A DNA stretch of 64,000 bases from a virus. The notes under the pieces were generated by a model. That model saw only the letters and a program-made list of their open reading frames with translations. It had not been told where the DNA came from and searched no databases. The stretch lies in IMG/VR virus record IMGVR_UViG_3300031227_000015. One strand, 5' to 3'. Positions 58,307 through 64,000 of the stretch are shown here, one piece after another (the first letter of the stretch is position 1; every line of letters begins with the position of its first letter). The translations under genes and the position numbers were made by a program.

Positions 58307-58786
58307 ATGAATTTTGAAAAATGGTTAGAAGGCCTTAGTGATAAAGAACTTGAAGAGGCCATGAATGTTAAATATGATTACATTGACAATACTAAAGGTC
58401 TTATAGGTAGATGGAGTTTCATATCAAAGAGTGGTAGACGATACGATGTAACAGGTTCTAAATTATCGAAAGATATTTTCCATGCAATGTTTGAATATGT
58501 TGATAAAGAAGGCAATACGATGTCATCCCTTACAAACTTTAAGGATAATCCAACTGCCATAATGAATTCAGTGTACAATATTGTAGAAACTGAACTTATT
58601 AAAAAATATCATCCTAAAGAATTGAGATTTGAAGCTGAAGGTGATAAGAGACAAAAAATGTATGATGTAGTAATAAGGAGATATATACTTCCAAAAATGA
58701 AAAAATACGGATATGACCTATATACAGAAAAGAAGGAAGAATTACCAATGAAAATATATAGATTTATAAAGGAGTTAAAAGTATGA
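58307..58786 (+). CDS. Leader-bearing hypothetical protein
   Basis: MNFEKWLE..LEEA. Confidence 0.55.
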   Translation: MNFEKWLEGLSDKELEEAMNVKYDYIDNTKGLIGRWSFISKSGRRYDVTGSKLSKDIFHAMFEYVDKEGNTMSSLTNFKDNPTAIMNSVYNIVETELIKKYHPKELRFEAEGDKRQKMYDVVIRRYILPKMKKYGYDLYTEKKEELPMKIYRFIKELKV

Positions 58787-58983
58787 AATTCAATGAATGG
58801 TTAATCAAAGAGATGCAGGGAAAGGGAACTGGTCCAGAAGGTTCAGGCGGAGCAGATACATGTATATGCCCTGAATGTGGCAACGAAGCATCACATGAAA
58901 GAGGAACACCTTGCAATCAATCTAAATGTTCAAAATGTGGTGCATCAATGACTGGTAAAGGAGCACCTGGAGAGAAGAAATAA
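58783..58983 (+). CDS. Small Cys-rich zinc-binding protein with leader
   Basis: MKFNEWLIKE; GG...CICPECG....HERG.PC....C..CG..M. Confidence 0.6.
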   Translation: MKFNEWLIKEMQGKGTGPEGSGGADTCICPECGNEASHERGTPCNQSKCSKCGASMTGKGAPGEKK

Positions 58984-59532
58984 GTGAGATTGAAGGCTGT
59001 TATAGATAATTTTCACAACCATTTAGTAGAGATAGCCAATAATTGGAAACCTAATGACCCTGCTGTACGAAAGGTTGGTAGGGGTAAATGGGTTTTTACC
59101 GTAGATGTTGATGATTATATATTTAAAGTATCACCTCTATGGATGAAAGATGGTAGAAAGGGGTTTACTATAGAATGGGGACCTGTTGATGAGAATGGTA
59201 ACATAATAACAACAGAAATAATAGGTAGCAAGAAGAACAAAAGAGACGTATTTAGACTTGTGTTGACTTGTTTATCTAAGTTTATAAATTCTGAAAGACC
59301 GGAAGTGTTCTCCATGTATGTAAATAATAGGATTGTTCACATATACGATGCTATGTGGGCGGGACACTATAAGGAAAAACCGTTTAACCAATATTACAAA
59401 GATTCTGAAGAGCATAAAACATTGAATGGTGAAAAAGTTTATGTTCATTATTTCAATAAGAAGAAGGTAGATGGTGAGGATGTTTCAGAAGATATGAGGA
59501 TATTACTAAAAAGAGAAATGTTGCTGTTATGA
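58984..59532 (+). CDS. Leader-bearing hypothetical protein
   Basis: MRLK...LVE. Confidence 0.55.
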   Translation: MRLKAVIDNFHNHLVEIANNWKPNDPAVRKVGRGKWVFTVDVDDYIFKVSPLWMKDGRKGFTIEWGPVDENGNIITTEIIGSKKNKRDVFRLVLTCLSKFINSERPEVFSMYVNNRIVHIYDAMWAGHYKEKPFNQYYKDSEEHKTLNGEKVYVHYFNKKKVDGEDVSEDMRILLKREMLLL

Positions 59533-59540
59533 ATTATTTG

Positions 59541-59634
59541 AAGGAGGACAGCACCGACGGGTGTTGGTTGGATGCCTATTACATTTAACCTTACTCCTTA
59601 TTAATAAAGAAACTTTAATAGGAGGTTAAATATT
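59541..59634 (+). promoter_or_regulatory. Three-way-junction cis RNA with RBS pseudoknot (copy C)
   Basis: AAGGAG-GA-CAG..GGTTGGATG-CCTATTA-CATTTAACC-TTA-CTCCTT; loop pairs with TAATAGG at the RBS. Confidence 0.7.
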
Positions 59635-60894
59635 ATGAAAGAAGTTTGTAAGATATGTAATAAATTATTAACATCAAAATCTTGGTGTGGATTTACTAAC
59701 CATTTGAGGTTACATGGTTTATCTTCTCAAGAATATTATGATAAATATATAGGTGAAAATAAATCAGGTAAGTGTTTAAAGTGTGGTGAACCGACAAAAT
59801 TTATAAACATTTCTAAAGGATATAAAAAATATTGTTCAGTAATATGTAAAAACAATCTTGATGATAATATATTTTCAGTTAAGTGTGCTATTTGTAATGA
59901 AAATTATTATCAAATTCAAAATCTTACAAGTCATCTTAATAAAAATGATATAAATATTATTGAATATTATAAAAAATATATAGGTGAAGAAGGAAAATGT
60001 TGTGTATGTAATAAAACAACAAATTTTATAAGTTTAGCGAGAGGTTATAATAAACATTGTTCTACTAAATGTGGTCTCTTGGGTGAAAAAAATTATAAAT
60101 TATATAGAAAAAGGTCCAAACGAATAATAAATGTAGTTAATGGTACACTATTAGACTTAAACTCACAAGATAGAGTGATAGTGAAATGTTCGGAATGTAA
60201 TATAGAATTTGAGACTACATTCTATATGATAAAAAATAGGGATATTGATTATTGTAAGTCATGTATTGGTAAATTGAATTATAACCATAAGTTATGGAAT
60301 AAAATAAGAAATTCAGAATATTATCATAAAAATGTATCCGACGGTATGAAAAATTATTATAAAGTTAAAGATATAGAAGAATATGAATTAAAAAGGAAAA
60401 GATCTAAACGAGTATTAAAAAGGCTAGATGGAAAAGACTTAAAAGAGTTTTTACCTGCTAATATACGTTTGGGAGTATTTGTTAAATGTAAAAATTGTGG
60501 AAAAATATATAAGTCCAATGCTTTTGCTGTATTAAGTAGAAATGAAGATATATGTGTTAGTTGTTCTATATATAAAGGATGGCAAAAAATTAGGAAAAAG
60601 GATTTTGAGAGTAAATGGAAATTATATAGTAAAATTGTTAGATTGATGACGGAAAGAAATTATAAAAAATATAAATTTATACTCAATCCTCTAAATTTAA
60701 AAAGAAGTATGCAAGATTATAATCTAGATCATAAATTTAGTATATTCGATGGTTACAAATATAATATATTACCTTATGTAATATCACATCCATTTAATTT
60801 ACAAATAATAACGAAGAATGAAAATGCTAAGAAATATTTTCATTCTTCCTTAACAGTGGATGAACTATTTGAAGGGGTAGAAAATGGTATTTAA
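59635..60894 (+). CDS. Zinc-finger-rich HNH-like endonuclease
   Basis: Multiple CxxC motifs; LDHKFSI..G.......NLQII...EN..K. Confidence 0.75.
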   Translation: MKEVCKICNKLLTSKSWCGFTNHLRLHGLSSQEYYDKYIGENKSGKCLKCGEPTKFINISKGYKKYCSVICKNNLDDNIFSVKCAICNENYYQIQNLTSHLNKNDINIIEYYKKYIGEEGKCCVCNKTTNFISLARGYNKHCSTKCGLLGEKNYKLYRKRSKRIINVVNGTLLDLNSQDRVIVKCSECNIEFETTFYMIKNRDIDYCKSCIGKLNYNHKLWNKIRNSEYYHKNVSDGMKNYYKVKDIEEYELKRKRSKRVLKRLDGKDLKEFLPANIRLGVFVKCKNCGKIYKSNAFAVLSRNEDICVSCSIYKGWQKIRKKDFESKWKLYSKIVRLMTERNYKKYKFILNPLNLKRSMQDYNLDHKFSIFDGYKYNILPYVISHPFNLQIITKNENAKKYFHSSLTVDELFEGVENGI

Positions 60895-60905
60895 AGGGTA
60901 TAAAT

Positions 60906-61433
60906 ATGGCACTTAGGATTCAATATAGGAAGAAAATACACGGAGTTATAATGAAAAGCGGATATATTTATTCATTTAAATATATTCCCTGGCAGCATGA
61001 CCCGAATCCAATCATAATATTTATGAATTCATTTAGCGGAACTCATCCTAATACAGGAAGACAGTGGAGATTCATACAGGCATTGAATTTTACATACGTC
61101 CCCAGAAGCTCAAGAAAACATTTTGCCAATGAGTGGAAAACAGTATTTGAAAGAACTAATGGTAATGTGAGATTTACTTGGAATATTGTAAAACGTCGGT
61201 ATCCCTATCTACAACACAGTATTAGAAGATATTTCTATTCTCCCGGATACTACATATCACAATTACAAGAGATACCGTTTGATAATATGGAAGCTGCGAT
61301 AGTATCAACGTGGTCGAAGGATTTTAGCAAAAAAGTAAAATTGTCTATGTTGCAGAAATTCAGATCAGCAATGAGTGGCAGAAAAGAAATAAAAAAGAAA
61401 GCAAGAGACAATTTAAATAAATATAGAGTATAA
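60906..61433 (+). CDS. gp2: DNA end protector (T4 gp2-like)
   Basis: G..Y.F.Y...DP.P.I......LNF.Y.P...R, I.RY. Confidence 0.6.
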   Translation: MALRIQYRKKIHGVIMKSGYIYSFKYIPWQHDPNPIIIFMNSFSGTHPNTGRQWRFIQALNFTYVPRSSRKHFANEWKTVFERTNGNVRFTWNIVKRRYPYLQHSIRRYFYSPGYYISQLQEIPFDNMEAAIVSTWSKDFSKKVKLSMLQKFRSAMSGRKEIKKKARDNLNKYRV

Positions 61434-61465
61434 ATAATAAATAGAAGAAGAAAGGAGTATAAAAT

Positions 61466-61918
61466 ATGCCAACATATACAAACTCGTCATTAGCCACAAT
61501 ACAGTTAAAGGATGTAACTTTCGGTTCACAAGAAGTCAAACCGTTATACAATTATCTTGACCTCACAGACGAAACAACGGGATACATCAGCCTTACGAGC
61601 GATGCACCCTATGTAAACCCTGCTAACTGGACTCATACTGTAACTTCAGCAGATGCGACCATTACTTTAGTAAGCTGGGATGAAACTGAAGGTATAGAGA
61701 TATACAACACAAGTGGTAATCTCATAACTGTATTCCTTACTGAGGCTGCAAATACACCTGGTATAGTAGTTCCGGCTAATTCAGTACGTTATATATTTGG
61801 ATTTAGAGGTGGAGTAAAGACCTTAGCTCTAACTTATAGTGGTGCAGTTGCTTCAGGTGAGTGTTACATCACAGAATTGAAGAATAAGTACGATGTTGAA
61901 TTGAGAATGGTAGCATAA
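61466..61918 (+). CDS. Probable virion protein
   Basis: T-rich beta pattern; TATAAATA late motif at 61429. Confidence 0.5.
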   Translation: MPTYTNSSLATIQLKDVTFGSQEVKPLYNYLDLTDETTGYISLTSDAPYVNPANWTHTVTSADATITLVSWDETEGIEIYNTSGNLITVFLTEAANTPGIVVPANSVRYIFGFRGGVKTLALTYSGAVASGECYITELKNKYDVELRMVA

Positions 61919-61919
61919 A

Positions 61920-62228
61920 GTGGATAATACTTCACAATCTTTATATCAAGATGAATCGAGGGCTGTAATCATTACTATATTAGATCAGAATCATACAGCT
62001 TTTGTTCCTACTAGTGCATCTACATATAAGGTTACAGATGATGGTGGTGTTGAAGTAATATCAGAAATAAATGCTACCAATTCCAGTAACACATTAACGG
62101 CTGTTATAGGAACTGCTGTAACTGCTACGGTTGGTAACTATTACATAATATGGTCCATTGTAGACAGTAATGGATATATTTACAAACATAAGACCTTTAT
62201 TCAAGTGATAGATTTAGAGGCGGTTTAA
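61920..62228 (+). CDS. Probable virion Ig-like protein
   Basis: G.Y.I.W beta-sandwich pattern. Confidence 0.45.
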   Translation: MDNTSQSLYQDESRAVIITILDQNHTAFVPTSASTYKVTDDGGVEVISEINATNSSNTLTAVIGTAVTATVGNYYIIWSIVDSNGYIYKHKTFIQVIDLEAV

Positions 62229-62356
62229 GGTGATTGAGTTAAGAATAGAAATAACTTCAGCTACAGTGGAAATTGAGTCTTATATTAGTAGTGAGGAGTT
62301 GAGGATAGAGATAAGTTCGACAAAAAGTATAGAATTATATACAGGAGATTAGAGAT

Positions 62357-64000
62357 ATGAAAAGTTATGGTATAGAGATGGAAGGTGAAATAATTATTCA
62401 GAAGGTTACTACATTACCAGTGTGGGGTGCAACTGATGAAGCTAGAATTGTATATGCCGAGGATGTTAACAAATATTATATTGGTAATGATAGTGAATGG
62501 TTAGAAATATTGACACCGACTTTAAGTGTTGCTAAAGGAGGTACAGGTGCAGCGACCCTTGCCGATGGAGGATTAGTAATAGGAAACGATACGGGTGCTG
62601 TAGAAGTAGTTATTGCTGGTGCTGCTACGGAAGTATTGGTTGGTGGAGGTGCATCGACTAAGCCTGCTTGGGGAACAAATATACCTACTGCTGTAACTAT
62701 TGGAAATAAGTATGTATATAGAGCAGATGGTACTGATGTTCCAGTTGCGGATGGTGGAACAGGGTCAAGTAATGCTGCTGATGGATTTACTGCCTTGAAA
62801 CAAGATGCCACATCGTCTGCTACAGGTGTTATAGAATTAGCTACAAATGCTGAAGTGGCTGCTTTTGCAGATGAAAGTCGAGCTGTAACTCCTGAAGGAT
62901 TAGGTTATGCAATGGCAGGAGTTTTAGCTTACGGCGTTCAATGGGATGAAGACGAATCCAGTCCCACACTAACAAGAACAGGAGCTTTAGCAGGTATAGC
63001 GGCTGCATCAAGTCCTGGAAATACATGTTTACCTATTCAATCAGCTATGAGACGTTGTATATTAAATGATGATGGAACTGTAAATTATTATCTTAGTGCA
63101 ACAGATTCTACTAAAAAAGAGGATGGCACAACTGCTTCTGTTTTAGACGGAACTGATGGCCAAGTAATGGTTGAGATTCCACGTTTCGCCTATAAATATA
63201 GTTATGTGGCTGCAACTAATGTTCATAGTTGGAGTATATCAAGCGTTCTGTTGCCTGGTTATGAGTGGCATCCGGCGTTTTACAAGGACGGTGCATGGGT
63301 AGATCATAGGTACATCGGAGCTTATGAAGGAATTGGATACGACAATGGCACGACTGCTTATGTTGACTGTGGTACTGGAGCGGCTGATAATTGGGCAGGG
63401 GGTGCGATTGATTTGGCTAACGACAAGCTTGGTTCAGTCAGTGGTTTTGCCCCTATGATGGACGAAACGAGAGCTGAGTTTAGGGCAATTGCTTTGAATG
63501 TAGGGGCGGGTTGGAGACAGCAAGACTTTTATTTAACGAGTGCTGTCCAGCTTCTTTATCTGGTTGAGTATGCTTCATTTTATAGTCAGTCAGTTATTGG
63601 CATGGGTAGAAATGAATTGACTGCTGGTACATGGGTTAAGGACTCGTATATTGGTGTATCAGGGAAATCCAATGCTGATGGTAATGCAACTGCCAATACT
63701 GGTGGGGACACTAACGATGCATATATGTCGTATCGTGGTATCGAAAACTTCTACGGTAATATTTACCAGTGGATTGATGGGTTCAATATCAACGATGGTA
63801 TTCCTTATGTCAGCAATACCGAAACAGACTTTGCAGACGGCACGGATTCCAATTACACAAGATTAACCGATACCGGTGGGAGTGGAATCACATTGCCTCA
63901 AGGATCAAATGATTATCAAAAGACATTGGAGCAAACGAAAGGAGGGTTTTTACCATCAGCAGTAGGTGGTGGTGCAACAAGCTCTACCTATATTACCGAT
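62357..64000 (+). CDS. Tail fibre protein (runs off the window end)
   Basis: Open frame from MKSYGIEM; V..GGTG repeats, G.IELAT.AE, RAVTP, YGV.W, DGQVMVEIP, YRGIENFYGN..QW.DG. Confidence 0.85.
   Translation, partial: MKSYGIEMEGEIIIQKVTTLPVWGATDEARIVYAEDVNKYYIGNDSEWLEILTPTLSVAKGGTGAATLADGGLVIGNDTGAVEVVIAGAATEVLVGGGASTKPAWGTNIPTAVTIGNKYVYRADGTDVPVADGGTGSSNAADGFTALKQDATSSATGVIELATNAEVAAFADESRAVTPEGLGYAMAGVLAYGVQWDEDESSPTLTRTGALAGIAAASSPGNTCLPIQSAMRRCILNDDGTVNYYLSATDSTKKEDGTTASVLDGTDGQVMVEIPRFAYKYSYVAATNVHSWSISSVLLPGYEWHPAFYKDGAWVDHRYIGAYEGIGYDNGTTAYVDCGTGAADNWAGGAIDLANDKLGSVSGFAPMMDETRAEFRAIALNVGAGWRQQDFYLTSAVQLLYLVEYASFYSQSVIGMGRNELTAGTWVKDSYIGVSGKSNADGNATANTGGDTNDAYMSYRGIENFYGNIYQWIDGFNINDGIPYVSNTETDFADGTDSNYTRLTDTGGSGITLPQGSNDYQKTLEQTKGGFLPSAVGGGATSSTYITD

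Noticed and set aside
62476-63866. Short ORFs listed in the track near the window end
   Set aside because: They overlap the long tail fibre frame starting at 62357, which the track misses because it has no stop in the window

Overview
This is a 64-kb, AT-rich segment of a large T4-like (myovirus-type) bacteriophage genome read in the standard genetic code; TAA, TAG and TGA all act as stops. 1-1.9 kb: sigma70-type promoters driving tRNA-His and several aberrant tRNA-like or structured RNAs. 2-14.6 kb: small early ORFs, HU, clamp loader and sliding clamp, then an apparent phage-encoded ubiquitin-like conjugation operon (Ubl, E2-like, E1/ThiF, JAB) and two Y-RNA-like genes in front of a Ro60/TROVE gene. 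14.9-25.4 kb and 40.5-45 kb, plus parts of 52-59 kb: endolysin, holin and about 25 late genes sharing an N-terminal M(R/K)(L/F)xxY(L/I)xE leader that resembles a capsid-targeting sequence. These include a CCA-adding enzyme, a P-loop kinase, a HAD phosphatase and an amidoligase. 25-40 kb: replication, repair and DNA-modification genes (UvsW, UvsY, DnaB/gp41, Mom-like, dUTPase, UDG, NADAR, PolB, ClpP, SLT). 45-64 kb: probable virion genes, Hsp20s, a PAS/receiver pair, gp4, gp2 and a tail fibre. Highlights: (1) the Ubl/E2/E1/JAB operon; (2) a DHH phosphoesterase whose catalytic motif is split by CTT-TGA-CTT directly after a 12-bp stem, a candidate programmed stop-hop; (3) a conserved three-way-junction RNA with a covarying RBS pseudoknot before three endonuclease genes, plus an inverted fourth copy; (4) the leader-tagged protein family; (5) Ro60 with tandem Y-like RNAs and tRNA mimics; (6) a probable ATT start for the DNA polymerase. 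All calls come from motif recognition and base-pairing by eye; no database searches or folding programs were run.
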